From Nanobdellota archaeon (GTDB lineage Archaea > Nanobdellota > Nanobdellia > Pacearchaeales > GW2011-AR1): a DNA stretch of 55,433 nucleotides. The DNA is taken from contig JBBTAC010000002.1 of assembly GCA_038044405.1 (NCBI GenBank), positions 1 to 55,433 on the forward strand. The letters run 5' to 3'. A program made the translations under genes and the position numbers. Below the pieces are notes generated by a model. The model did no database searches. It was given only the letters and a program-made list of their open reading frames with translations, and was not told the origin of the DNA. Below are positions 17,901-27,500 of this stretch, in pieces. Each line of letters opens with the position of its first letter. Within the stretch, counting starts at the first letter, position 1.

Positions 17901-18949
17901 AGCCAGACATTGCCTTAGTAAAATATAAAGTCCTTAGTGGAGGAGGCATGTTAAAGATTGTTAATGGCTCAGTCTCCTTAGCATTGAAGAAATTAGGATA
18001 TAATGAATTTGAAATTAAGAACATTATAGAATACATTGATAAAAATGATACTATTGAAGGAGCTCCTTATCTAAGAGATGAACATCTCGATGTATTTGAT
18101 TGTGCGTTCAAACCTGCAAATGGGAAGAGGGCAATCAATTATAAGGCGCATATTGATATGATGGCTGTTTCTCAGCCATTTATTTCAGGAGCAATTAGCA
18201 AGACAGTTAATATGCCTGAAGATTCTACAGTAGAAGATATTGCCAAGGCCTATATTTATGCTTGGGAAAGTAAATTAAAAGCAGTTGCTATTTATAGAGA
18301 GAACAGCAAGAGAAGTCAGCCATTAAATACAAGAAAAACAGAAGGCGAAGTTGTTAAAAAAGTTGAGAAGATAATTGTCGCAAAGAGAATTCCTCTTCCT
18401 CAAACAAGAAAATCTATTACACATAAATTCGATATAGGAGGACATAGCGGATATTTAACAGTTGGACTATATGACGATGGAAAACCAGGAGAAGTATTTG
18501 TTACAATGGCAAAGCAAGGCTCAACAATAAGAGGCTTAATGGACGCTTGGGCTCGCTCTATATCTTTAAACTTGCAATATAGTGCGACTATAAACGAGCT
18601 ATTTGGAAAATTCAGGCATCAAAAGTTTGAACCTGCTGGATTTGTTAAAAATGAAGGTGGAGGGTCAATTGATGAAAAAGTAAAGCCTATCAGAACAGCA
18701 TCATCAATAGTAGACTATGTTGCTCAATTCATGTTGAATAATTTTGGAATTAGTGCCGGAAAAGTTCAAGTAGACATTGAACCAGATTTAGAAATTAAAG
18801 ATGCAATTGATGAACAAGCACAACTTAATGAGTTTTCTAATGAGGGATTAATCTGCTCATTCTGCGGCGGCACTGCAAAAAGAATTGGAAATTGTGCAAT
18901 TTATTGCACGAGCTGTAATCAAACCCAAAGAAGCGGATGTGGAGAATAA
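14963..18949 (+). CDS. nrdJ: Class II (B12-dependent) ribonucleotide reductase NrdJ, interrupted by an in-frame intein
   Basis: N-terminal FWSPLAIKVVASKYFWGD. The active-site loop SNP|C...|CSEYMFLDDTACNLASINL is split by the intein. C-terminal Cys cluster CSFCGG...CAIYCTSCNQ. Confidence 0.95.
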   Translation: MAEENVMNGNGYENGNSNGYEDKRIFVQRLDSIKRSMQIERYFTQENKSPFIYGINGKPLNWISEDVNVTDDRGKLIFTQPSVRRPDFWSPLAIKVVASKYFWGDQAKNERENTVEKLIGRVSRFIGRQSLKQGYFNEKESSILQDEISAICLNQLCVFNSPVWFNAGIQEYHQEAGGVSAYVWDETTKGIIKSDKAMDRPQCSACFILSAEDNMDSIMAVQTAEANLFKAGSGTGTNRSNLRSSREKLTGGGRASGPVSFMRGYDAYASVIKSGGKTRRAAKMEILNIDHPDVMDFINAKQTEEKKAWALIEQGYGGGMNGDAYGSVCFQNCNMSVRVSDEFMKAIKNDGEWQTKFVKSNGVCETFKARDILDKIAEGTWICGDPGIQCDTIINKYHTCKNSGKINASNPCVTGDTRILIEGGKWVRIDSILDKESNILTNTGIIQESKINGSFKTGRKPVYKLTTKSGYEMKLTSDHKVFTINRGFVPACELTKDDYILLPAYNVSEVVEPEDKNFYQMLGVYLGDGHGGMNSESIQLTMNKEEEIPILERFAEYVATNYERITHKNSPATVRITPTSCKYSITNTFVINKFKEFVDLSLLGHEKYISNRIFSLGLGEQKYILQGLFSSDGTVANYGEKSQYVSLDSTSLQLLKDVQLILLGFGIKSKLYKNRRAGKDKAFLPDGRGGLKEYNVKEMHSLRISRSGRIKFERLIGFMPESKKGERLRKMNEQIGVYNDKPIDAVESLNYIGEEEVYDLTEPLTHSFVANGITVHNCSEYMFLDDTACNLASINLMKFRTENGGFDAEGYKKVVRYFITAMDIFVDGASYPTEKIAERSHIFRTLGLGYANLGALLMSLGLPYNSDSGRAVAAAITAIMCGEAYKASAELARLVGPFPGFKDNRESMLNVIRMHREHVKEIDVEKIPVDLRDLVNIAWDCWSEALELGEKYGFRNAQTTVLAPTGTIAFMMDCDTTGIEPDIALVKYKVLSGGGMLKIVNGSVSLALKKLGYNEFEIKNIIEYIDKNDTIEGAPYLRDEHLDVFDCAFKPANGKRAINYKAHIDMMAVSQPFISGAISKTVNMPEDSTVEDIAKAYIYAWESKLKAVAIYRENSKRSQPLNTRKTEGEVVKKVEKIIVAKRIPLPQTRKSITHKFDIGGHSGYLTVGLYDDGKPGEVFVTMAKQGSTIRGLMDAWARSISLNLQYSATINELFGKFRHQKFEPAGFVKNEGGGSIDEKVKPIRTASSIVDYVAQFMLNNFGISAGKVQVDIEPDLEIKDAIDEQAQLNEFSNEGLICSFCGGTAKRIGNCAIYCTSCNQTQRSGCGE
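16196..17293 (+). mobile_element. Intein (366 aa) with LAGLIDADG homing-endonuclease domain, inserted at the NPC active-site cysteine of NrdJ
   Basis: Begins CVTGDTRIL (block A, Cys1). Has TSDHKVF (block B TxxH). Two LAGLIDADG motifs: LGVYLGDGHG and LQGLFSSDGTV. Ends FVANGITVHN, followed by the +1 Cys of CSEYMF. Both boundaries are in frame with the host ORF. Confidence 0.9.
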
Positions 18950-18993
18950 TATGATAAAATATACAAAAGTTTTATTAAGGCATTTTTTCTAAA

Positions 18994-19314
18994 ATGAAGA
19001 TGGTTGCTAAAAATTTAACTTCTAAGACATTTAACGACTTCATAAAAAACGGAGTCAGTATAGTTGATTTTTCAGCAGATTGGTGTATGCCTTGCAAAAT
19101 AATGAGCCCTATTGTAGATGAAACTGCAAATAAAATAAAAAATGCAAAATTTGGAAAAGTTGATGTTGACAAAGAAACTGAATTAGCGCAGAGATTTGGT
19201 GTAATGAGTGTTCCAACATTATTATTTTTCAAAAATAAAGAGCAAATTGATATGACTGTAGGAGTTGTATCAAAAGATGAACTAATTAAAAAAGTAGAAA
19301 AAATGTTGAAATAA
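18994..19314 (+). CDS. trxA: Thioredoxin
   Basis: 106 aa. Active site FSADWCMPCK (CxxC = CMPC). Conserved VPTLLFF. Lies 45 nt downstream of nrdJ. Confidence 0.9.
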   Translation: MKMVAKNLTSKTFNDFIKNGVSIVDFSADWCMPCKIMSPIVDETANKIKNAKFGKVDVDKETELAQRFGVMSVPTLLFFKNKEQIDMTVGVVSKDELIKKVEKMLK

Positions 19315-19361
19315 TTTAACTCTAATAAGGTTTAAATAACAATTTTTTCTTCTCAGACCAT

Positions 19362-19435
19362 GGTTCCGTAGCTCAGTCTGGTAGAGCACTGGGCTTTTAA
19401 CCCAGGTGTCGCGGGTTCAAATCCCGTCGGGACCA
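19362..19435 (+). tRNA. tRNA-Lys (anticodon UUU), no intron, CCA not encoded
   Basis: Manual cloverleaf. Acceptor GGTTCCG/CGGGACC (one G-U pair). D stem GCTC/GAGC. Anticodon stem CTGGG/CCCAG with loop CTTTTAA. T arm GCGGG-TTCAAAT-CCCGT. Discriminator A. 74 nt. Local GC spike. Confidence 0.95.
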
Positions 19436-19582
19436 TTTTAGGATTTGAACAGGTTCAAATCACTTCAACATGTAAGTGTCGAAGTTAACAATATTCTCAA
19501 TAAAATCCCTTCGGAAAAACATTCCAAACACTAAAAAAATTGCAATAAAAAAGAAATTACAATAATTTTTTCATTCTTCATT

Positions 19583-20548
19583 TTATCTCTCTTTTATACT
19601 ATCAACCAAACATCCAGGAGAAACCCAAGCCTCTTGATCATAAACATCTCTCCCAATAAATTCTTCCCAATCTCTAACTAGCCTATTTAATTTTTCTTCA
19701 TAAACTGATTTCAATTCTTCATCCAAAAAATCAAACGGACAATATTTATAAATTCCATCGCTGCCGCCTGTCCAAACAGCAAGTTCAGTCATAGCAATTT
19801 TATCATTGATTCTTGGAGCAGCTTTCGCAACAATATCTCCAGCCTTAACTACATCTCCCCTTTTTACCTTAACATCAATAACATGTTCAAAACTCACAAT
19901 CCATTTTGAATTTTCTTTCAACTGAAAATTAATCCCAAAATCTTTAGTGTGATCAAAAAAACCCACATCTGTTATCGTTCCATCAATTGGCGCAATAATA
20001 TCCGTAGTTAAAGGAACATAAAACCAGTATTCAATATTCCTACTAGCAGGATCGCTTTTTCTTTGTCCCTGTCCACCAAATTCAACAAAAACCCATTCGC
20101 TGAGTATGTTAGGATCTTCAAAAACAATATCTTTTGAAAATATCAAATCCCCTGCACGATTTGTGTTCTTATCCCAAGGCTCAATATTAAATCCAAAATT
20201 TTTCAAAACAGGGCGGTCATCTGTATTTGTTTCATCTCTATTTAATTCGGGAACAGATTTTCCGTCATTAAAGTCCTGGCCACTATTTTTATTAAGCAAA
20301 CCACATAATTCATTTTCAATTCCTTGACAATAATCCTCGCATACTCCTTTATTACCCAAACAAAATTCCCTGCATTCTTCTTCTCCAGAACATAAATTGC
20401 CCAAACTTTTTTTATAAAGAGAATTTAAATTCTCTCCTGGTCTCTTAAAAATATTCTTTGAAATAAATTCTTTTCCAAAAAATATTCCAAACACTAAAAC
20501 AACTACAACAATCGCAATTCCAACCCCAATTATCACATTATTTTTCAT
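19583..20548 (-). CDS. Membrane-anchored exported protein: Cys-rich N-terminal module plus M23/LytM-like (duplicated-hybrid-motif) C-terminal domain
   Basis: N-terminal TM helix VIIGVGIAIVVVVLVFGIFF. Cys cluster LCSGEEECREFCLGNKGVCEDYCQGIENELC. APIDGTITDV...FEHVIDVKVKRGDVVKAGDIVAKA resembles M23, but I cannot find the HxxxD and HxH zinc ligands. Confidence 0.65.
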   Translation of the reverse strand: MKNNVIIGVGIAIVVVVLVFGIFFGKEFISKNIFKRPGENLNSLYKKSLGNLCSGEEECREFCLGNKGVCEDYCQGIENELCGLLNKNSGQDFNDGKSVPELNRDETNTDDRPVLKNFGFNIEPWDKNTNRAGDLIFSKDIVFEDPNILSEWVFVEFGGQGQRKSDPASRNIEYWFYVPLTTDIIAPIDGTITDVGFFDHTKDFGINFQLKENSKWIVSFEHVIDVKVKRGDVVKAGDIVAKAAPRINDKIAMTELAVWTGGSDGIYKYCPFDFLDEELKSVYEEKLNRLVRDWEEFIGRDVYDQEAWVSPGCLVDSIKER

Positions 20549-20558
20549 TTTCTTATGT

Positions 20559-20951
20559 TTATCTTAATGCATAACCAAATATAACCAATAAAATATTAAT
20601 CACATAAATTAGAGAACAAATTATACAGAAATTTTTCAATTTAAAAAAAGAAACATAAGCTAGATATATGGTAAATAATAAAGAAATAATTGAAAAATAA
20701 AAAAATATTTTTGGATATCCTATAATTGATAAAATTATAATCATGATATAAAATCCTATTCCTGCCAAGGAATTTGATATGCCAAACATCTTCCCATAAG
20801 AACTTGAAAATGCTTTTGTGCATGACGCATTATTGCCGATGTCGCAAACAGCTTTGTATTTTTTATTTTCTCTAGTCTTTCGCTCAATATAAAAAGCATA
20901 AATTGACAAAAACACGCCTATAATTGATAAAATTATAATTATGTTAATCAT
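20559..20951 (-). CDS. Vitamin K epoxide reductase (VKOR) family membrane oxidoreductase
   Basis: 4-TM profile. Loop cysteine pair CDIGNNASC followed by SSSYGKMFGISNSLAG. Redox CxxC (FCIICS) in the last helix. Confidence 0.8.
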   Translation of the reverse strand: MINIIIILSIIGVFLSIYAFYIERKTRENKKYKAVCDIGNNASCTKAFSSSYGKMFGISNSLAGIGFYIMIIILSIIGYPKIFFYFSIISLLFTIYLAYVSFFKLKNFCIICSLIYVINILLVIFGYALR

Positions 20952-21139
20952 AAAATAAATAGTTTAAGACAATATAAATAATTAACTAATAGGTTAAATA
21001 ATAAAAATTAGCAAATTTCATGTTATAAAGAGCTATTTTAGAGAATTTTTTGCAAGCAGAAAAATTTAAAAACCCACTTTTACACTCTCTTTTATTATCT
21101 AGTAGTTAAAATAAATTATTAGCCCTCACCATTCGACAA

Positions 21140-21346
21140 ATGCACATCCTTCAGCCCAAACACACAAAGTTAAAGACAGAAGAAGTAAAGAAATTATTAG
21201 AAAAATACAATATAACTGTTTCTCAATTACCATATATAAAGATAGACGATCCTGCTATTCCTCAAGGTTGCGTTAAAGGAGACGTAATTAAAATAGAGAG
21301 AAAAGAGGGAGACAAAATAGTCTTATATTTTAGGGTAGTGGTATAA
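21140..21346 (+). CDS. rpoH: DNA-directed RNA polymerase subunit H (Rpo5)
   Basis: 68 aa. HILQPKHTKL...LPYIKIDDP...GDVIKIERK...YFRVV pattern. Lies immediately upstream of rpoB. Confidence 0.9.
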   Translation: MHILQPKHTKLKTEEVKKLLEKYNITVSQLPYIKIDDPAIPQGCVKGDVIKIERKEGDKIVLYFRVVV

Positions 21347-21347
21347 A

Positions 21348-24300
21348 GTGGTAAAGAAAGAAAATATTTTAATTGAGAAATATCTGAAGCAGCATTCACT
21401 TGTAGAATCAAACATTCTTTCTTTTAATGACTTTATTAACAATAGAATGCAGGATATCGTAAACGATATAAACCATTCTCTTAATCAAGAGGAAGTCGAA
21501 GTTAAGATTGGAAAGGTTAAAATTGGCAAGCCAAACATAATAGAAGCTGACGGAAGTTCAAATATATTGACACCTATGATTGCTAAGATAAGAGGTCTAA
21601 CCTATTCTGCGCCAGTTTTTGTTGAATTAAGCGTTCGATACGGAGAACAAAGCGATGATGCCGAAGTAGAAATTGGTAGAATTCCAATAATGGTTAGAAG
21701 CGCAACATGTACAACTCATGGAATGAATAGGGAAGATTTAAGAGAAAATTATATGGATCCTCTAGACCCTGGCGGATATTTCATAATTAACGGTAATGAG
21801 CGAATAATAGTAATGTCAGAGGACTTAGCCCCAAATCAATCATTTATAGAAAAAGGCAGGCAAGGACTAACTTTAAAGATATTCTCGCAAAAAGGATCAT
21901 ATAGAATTCCAACAACAATCTCGGAAACTAATGAAGGAATATTAGAATTAACATTTAGCAGATTAAGAAATATTCCGGCAATTATACTGCTTAAATCATT
22001 AGGTTTAGTCAAAGAAGCAGATATAGCAAAGCATGTTGAGCATGAAAATGATTGTTTAATAGTTAATTTATATGAATTTGGTAAAATACAAAATCCAGAA
22101 GATGCAATGATGTATGTTGCAGAAAAATCGGGAATTCAAGGCACTAAAAAAGAGATTCTAGAAAGAGTAAAACAGAGAATAGATTCTTTTCTGCTTCCTC
22201 ATATAGGGATGGATAAATCACTAAGAACAGAAAAGGCCTTAACACTATGCAGATTTATTCGCCTCTATCTAAAAGCAAAAGAAGATAAAAAGATTAGGAC
22301 AGATAAAGACCATTATAAAAATAAGCGTGTCAAACTATCTGGTGATTTGATGTCAGATTTATTTAGAGTTAATTTTGGTATATTAATAAGAGATATACAA
22401 TATTCGTTGCAAAAGGTTTCAAAAAGAAAGAAATTTTATTCATTAAAGACTATCTCAAAGTCAACATTGTTTTCACATAGAATTGAAAGTGCAATAGCTA
22501 CTGGTTCTTGGATTGGAGAAAAATCAGGCGTAACTCAGAATATGGAAAAGAACAATTATATGGCGGTTCTTTCTCAATTACAAAGAGTCACAAGTCTTCT
22601 TCCAGGAGATCAGGAAAACTTCAAGGCAAGAACACTTCATCCAACACATTATGGAAGATTCTGCCCTACAGAAACTCCAGAAGGTATAGAAATAGGTTTA
22701 AGAAAAAATCTTGCTATAATGACAAAGATATCTACAGATATAATATTTGAAGAGAAAGCAGTTATAAAAAAATTCAAGGAAGCTGGTTTGCAGGAAGAAA
22801 AAGGAAAAGACTTATTTTTCAATGGGCGTTTCATAGGATTTGTTAAAGAACCAATGGTATTCGCTAATAACATTAAAAGATTAAGAAGAGCTGGAGAGTT
22901 GCCTGGCGAAATGAGTATCATGCACGATGAAATATTAGATTTAATAACAATTTCAACAGAAGCAGGAAGAGTTTTGCGCCCATTAATTGTCATAGAAAAT
23001 AATGCGAGCAGATTAAAAGACGACCATCTTGTAGAATTAGAAGAAGATAAGATAAGCTGGAAAGATTTGATTAAAGAAGGAATAATAGAATATATTGATG
23101 CTGCTGAAGAAGACAATGCCTTTATAGCGCAAAATCCTCAAGAAATAACATCAGAGCATACACATCTTGAAATTCACCCAATAGATTTATTTGGTCTAAT
23201 AACAAGTTTAGTTCCTTTTGCAAATCACGACCAAAGTTCAAGACTCAACAGAGGAAGCAAGACACTTAAACAAAGTCTTGGAATATACGCTGCAAATTAT
23301 CTAGTAAGACTAGACAGCAATGTTTCTATATTGCATTATCCACAAAAACCTTTGGTAAGAAGTTTCGTTTATGACACACTTGAAGTATATCCTGCTGGTC
23401 AAAATATTATTGTTGCAATTATGCCTTACGAAGGTTATAACATGGGAGACGCTATCGTAATAAATAGAGAAAGCGTAGATAGGGGCATGGGTAGAAGTAC
23501 ATTCTTCAAACCATATGTTTCAGCAGAGTTGCATTATCCTGGAAGTTTGAACGACGAAATAACTATTCCATCCAAAGATATCTCTGGCTATAGAACAGAA
23601 CAATCTTACAAATATTTAGAAGATGACGGTATTGCATATCCAGAGGCCAATATCAAAGCAGGAGATGTTATAATAGGTAAAACAACACCTCCTAAATTCT
23701 TAAGTGAAGCAAGAAATATAACTATTCAGGCAAAGAAAGAAGCTAGCGTAGCCATGAAGCAAGAAGAAGAAGGTATTATTGATGCAGTATTTATAACTGT
23801 AAATAGCGAAGGAAATAAAATTGTCCAGGCAAGAACAAGAGACCAGAGATTACCAGAGCCAGGAGATAAATATTCAGCTCCACATGGTCAGAAAGGAGTT
23901 ATTGGTATGCTTGCAGATGGCAGAGATATTCCATTTACAGGCTCGGGCACAAAACCAGATCTCTTATTCAATCCGCACGGCATCCCTAGCAGAATGACAG
24001 TTGGATATTTGATAGAACTTTTAGCTGGAAAAACAGCAGCAACTACCGGAAGAATTGTTGATGGTACTCCATTTACAGGCTCAACAGTTGATGAATTAAA
24101 ATCACAATTACACGAAATGGGATTCCGTTCAGATGGAAAAGAGACAATGTACGATGGAGTTACAGGAAGAAGAATGGACGCGCATATTTACATAGGAAAT
24201 ATGTATTATCTTAAACTTGTAAGAATGGTAAAGAACTTGCTGCACGCAAGAGCATCTGGAAAAATAGCTTTATTAACAAGACAGCCAATTGAAGGTCGTT

Positions 24301-24596
24301 CAAGAGGCGGAGGTTTGCGTCTTGGAGAAATGGAACAGCAAGCACTAACCGGTCATGGTGCTTCTCTATTGTTAAAAGAAAGATACAGCTCAGATAAGAC
24401 AACAGTTTACGTATGCAAGGAATGCGGTAATATGACTTATGAAGATGTTATAAGAAATAAAACTCCTTGTAATCTATGCGGAAGCAACGAATCAGACCCT
24501 GTAGAAATATCTTATGCGTTCAAGTTATTAGTGGACGAATTACTCGGCCTTGGCATATTAACTAAATTCACTTTGAAAGATAAATACGAGAGATAA
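21348..24596 (+). CDS. rpoB: DNA-directed RNA polymerase subunit B (unsplit), GTG start
   Basis: 1082 aa. Motifs GRFCPTETPEG, SAPHGQKG, PSRMTVG, GEMEQQAL. C-terminal Zn ribbon CKECGN...CNLCGS. Confidence 0.97.
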   Translation: MVKKENILIEKYLKQHSLVESNILSFNDFINNRMQDIVNDINHSLNQEEVEVKIGKVKIGKPNIIEADGSSNILTPMIAKIRGLTYSAPVFVELSVRYGEQSDDAEVEIGRIPIMVRSATCTTHGMNREDLRENYMDPLDPGGYFIINGNERIIVMSEDLAPNQSFIEKGRQGLTLKIFSQKGSYRIPTTISETNEGILELTFSRLRNIPAIILLKSLGLVKEADIAKHVEHENDCLIVNLYEFGKIQNPEDAMMYVAEKSGIQGTKKEILERVKQRIDSFLLPHIGMDKSLRTEKALTLCRFIRLYLKAKEDKKIRTDKDHYKNKRVKLSGDLMSDLFRVNFGILIRDIQYSLQKVSKRKKFYSLKTISKSTLFSHRIESAIATGSWIGEKSGVTQNMEKNNYMAVLSQLQRVTSLLPGDQENFKARTLHPTHYGRFCPTETPEGIEIGLRKNLAIMTKISTDIIFEEKAVIKKFKEAGLQEEKGKDLFFNGRFIGFVKEPMVFANNIKRLRRAGELPGEMSIMHDEILDLITISTEAGRVLRPLIVIENNASRLKDDHLVELEEDKISWKDLIKEGIIEYIDAAEEDNAFIAQNPQEITSEHTHLEIHPIDLFGLITSLVPFANHDQSSRLNRGSKTLKQSLGIYAANYLVRLDSNVSILHYPQKPLVRSFVYDTLEVYPAGQNIIVAIMPYEGYNMGDAIVINRESVDRGMGRSTFFKPYVSAELHYPGSLNDEITIPSKDISGYRTEQSYKYLEDDGIAYPEANIKAGDVIIGKTTPPKFLSEARNITIQAKKEASVAMKQEEEGIIDAVFITVNSEGNKIVQARTRDQRLPEPGDKYSAPHGQKGVIGMLADGRDIPFTGSGTKPDLLFNPHGIPSRMTVGYLIELLAGKTAATTGRIVDGTPFTGSTVDELKSQLHEMGFRSDGKETMYDGVTGRRMDAHIYIGNMYYLKLVRMVKNLLHARASGKIALLTRQPIEGRSRGGGLRLGEMEQQALTGHGASLLLKERYSSDKTTVYVCKECGNMTYEDVIRNKTPCNLCGSNESDPVEISYAFKLLVDELLGLGILTKFTLKDKYER

Positions 24597-24597
24597 A

Positions 24598-27500
24598 ATG
24601 CAATTAGAAAATTTCAGAAAACAAGTTAGATCATTGAACTTCAGTTTGCTTAGTCCAGAACAGGTTAAAAGACTTAGCGCAGCTAAAATAGTAACGCCAG
24701 AATTATATGATATCGATGGTTTTCCAGTAGATGGTGGATTAATGGACTTGCGCCTTGGAGCTATAGATCCAGGTGTTCGATGTAGAACTTGTGGAAAGCG
24801 CCTTAGAGAATGCTCTGGCCATCCTGGAAGTATAGAACTAGCTCGCCCTGTTTTCCATATAAAGTATATACAATTAATTGAACATTGCCTTAGAAGCTTT
24901 TGCCCATCTTGTGGTAAGTTAACTCTATCAGATGAAAAGCAAAAAATTTATGGTCCCGCAGAAAGAGCCAAAAAAGCAAGGGACGCTAAAAAGTGCGCCC
25001 ATTGCAATGAAGTTATAGAGCGAGTAAAATTAGAGAAGCCTACAACATTTATGTCAGGAAAAAAAAGATTAAGCCCAATAGAAGTTAGAGATAGAATAAT
25101 AAAAGTCCCAGATGAAGAATTAAAAAAGACAGGCATAAATCCAAAGACAGCACGTCCAGAATGGGCCGTTCTTTCGCTTTTATTAGTTCCTTCAGTTACA
25201 GTAAGACCAAGTATTACTCTTGAAGAAGGAACAAGAAGTGAAGATGATTTAACTCACAAATTATCAGATATAATCCGAGCAAATCAGAGATTATGGGAAA
25301 ATCTAAACGCAGGAGCTCCGGAAGTTATTATCGAAGATTTATGGGATTTATTGCAATATCATGTTACAACATTTTTTGATAATAATATTTCAAGAATTCC
25401 CCCAGCAAGACATCGTTCTGGACAGCCATTAAAAACAATCACCGAGCGTATCAAAGGAAAAGAAGGAAGAATAAGAGCAAACTTATCAGGTAAAAGAGTA
25501 AATTATTCAGCACGTACAGTTATCTCGCCAGATCCTTATCTTAAAATCAACGAAATAGGCGTTCCCCTAGCTATCGCAAAAACAATTACAGTAGCTGAGC
25601 CAATTACAACTATAAATATAGAATTTATGAAAGAAGTTGTAAAAAAAGCAGAAGAGTATCCTGGCGCAAATTATGTAATAAGAACTGATGGAAAGAGGAA
25701 AAGAATTACAAAGGATCTAAAAGAAGAAATATGCGCAGAATTAAAGCCAGGTTATAGAATAGAAAGACATCTTAAAGACGGAGATGTAGTATTATTCAAT
25801 CGTCAGCCAACATTGCATAAACAAGGACTTATGGCGCATTTCGTAAAAGTATTGCCTGACAGGACATTCAAATTACATCCAGCATCAGCCTCACCATATA
25901 ATGCAGACTTTGATGGAGATGAAATGAACCTTCATTGCCCTCAAACAGAAGAAGCACAAGCAGAAGCAAAAATATTATTAGATATAAATAACAATATAAT
26001 TTCTTCAAAAAACAATACAAATTTAGTTGGAACAGTAGACGACGCAATTACCGGATTATATGTCTTAGGAAAAGAAGAATTTGATAAAAATGAAGCAGAT
26101 CAATTATTATATACTATAGGCATAGCAAATTCAAATAAGAAGAAAAGAATTTCAGGTCATGAAATTTTCTCGCAAATAATTCCTAAAGGATCAGAAATTA
26201 CAATACCAAATGCAATTTCAAGTAAATCTAGTTTTGGAGTTGAGGATGGAGAAATGGTTAAACTATTGGACAAAGAATTTGGCAGAGAAATTACAATAGA
26301 TTGTATTGATAAAGCATTTATGTTAGGAACACAATATTTGACAAGACACGGTTATTCTCTTTCATTAGACGACCTTAATGTTCCAGAGAAGGTAAAAGAA
26401 TTAACCGTAAGCATCTTAGCTAGAGCAGACATAAAAACAAAAGAGATTATAGAGAGTTACAAAAATGGCAAGTTAGAAGCAATGCCAGGAAAAACATTAG
26501 AAGAAACTCGTGAAAATAAAATCTTGCAAGTCTTGAATGAAGTCAGAACAGAAATAGGAGAAGCTGTTAAAGAATATTTCCCAGCAGACAGCAATGTAAG
26601 CAAGATGATTAATTCAGGTGCTAGAGGCAGTTTATTGAATATAACTCAAATAGGTTGTTGTGTAGGTCAGCAAGCTCTTTGGGGAAAGAGAATTAGTTTC
26701 GGTTACAATGACAGAACTTTATCTTTCTTCAAAAAAGGAGATTTAACTCCTGCCGCTCAAGGTTTCATAAAATCTTCATTTTTCAAAGGACTCATTCCTA
26801 CAGAATTTTTCTTTGGCGCAATAACAGGGCGTGATAGTCTAATGGACACAGCATTGAGAACTCCAAAGTCAGGTTATTTGCACAGAAGATTAGTATATGC
26901 GTTGCAAGATCTTAAAATAGAATATGACATGACAGTAAGGGACGCATCAGAGCATATTGTTCAGTTTGCATATGGCGACGACAGTAAAGACATTTCTAAA
27001 TTGCACTTGCACGATTCAAAAGTTTCTCCAGCAGAGGCAGTAGGAATTGTAACAGCACAATCATTTGGAGAAGCATCAACACAGATGGTTTTGAACGTAT
27101 TTCACCATGCAGGTATATCCCAAATGCAGGTTACACAAGGGTTGCCAAGATTAATAGAACTAATTGATGCAAGAAAACAGCCATCAACACCATTAATGGA
27201 GCTTTATTTAGATAAAGAGCATAACAACGAAAAAGATGCAAGAATAATCGCAGAAAAAATTAAAGAAGTAAAACTAAAAGACGTCTTGTCTGAAATTAAA
27301 ATAGATTTTAGCAACAAAAGAATAGAAATAATCTTGGATAATAAAGCCGTTCGAGCAGCACACATAACTCCAGCAATTATTGCAGAAAGATTAAAAGATA
27401 AAGGGTTAAAGATAAAATCAAGTGACCTAAGACTAAGTATAGACACAGCAGAATTGGATTTCAAAGCAATATACAAGTTGAAAGAAAAAATTAAAGAATT

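Noticed and set aside
19414-19462. GGTTCAAATC from the tRNA-Lys T-arm recurs 30 nt downstream of the tRNA (possible att-site duplication from an integrated element)
   Set aside because: The shared stretch is only about 10 nt. There is no integrase or other mobile-element gene nearby and no second boundary repeat. It is more simply part of a small hairpin (ATTTGAAC/GTTCAAAT) downstream of the tRNA.
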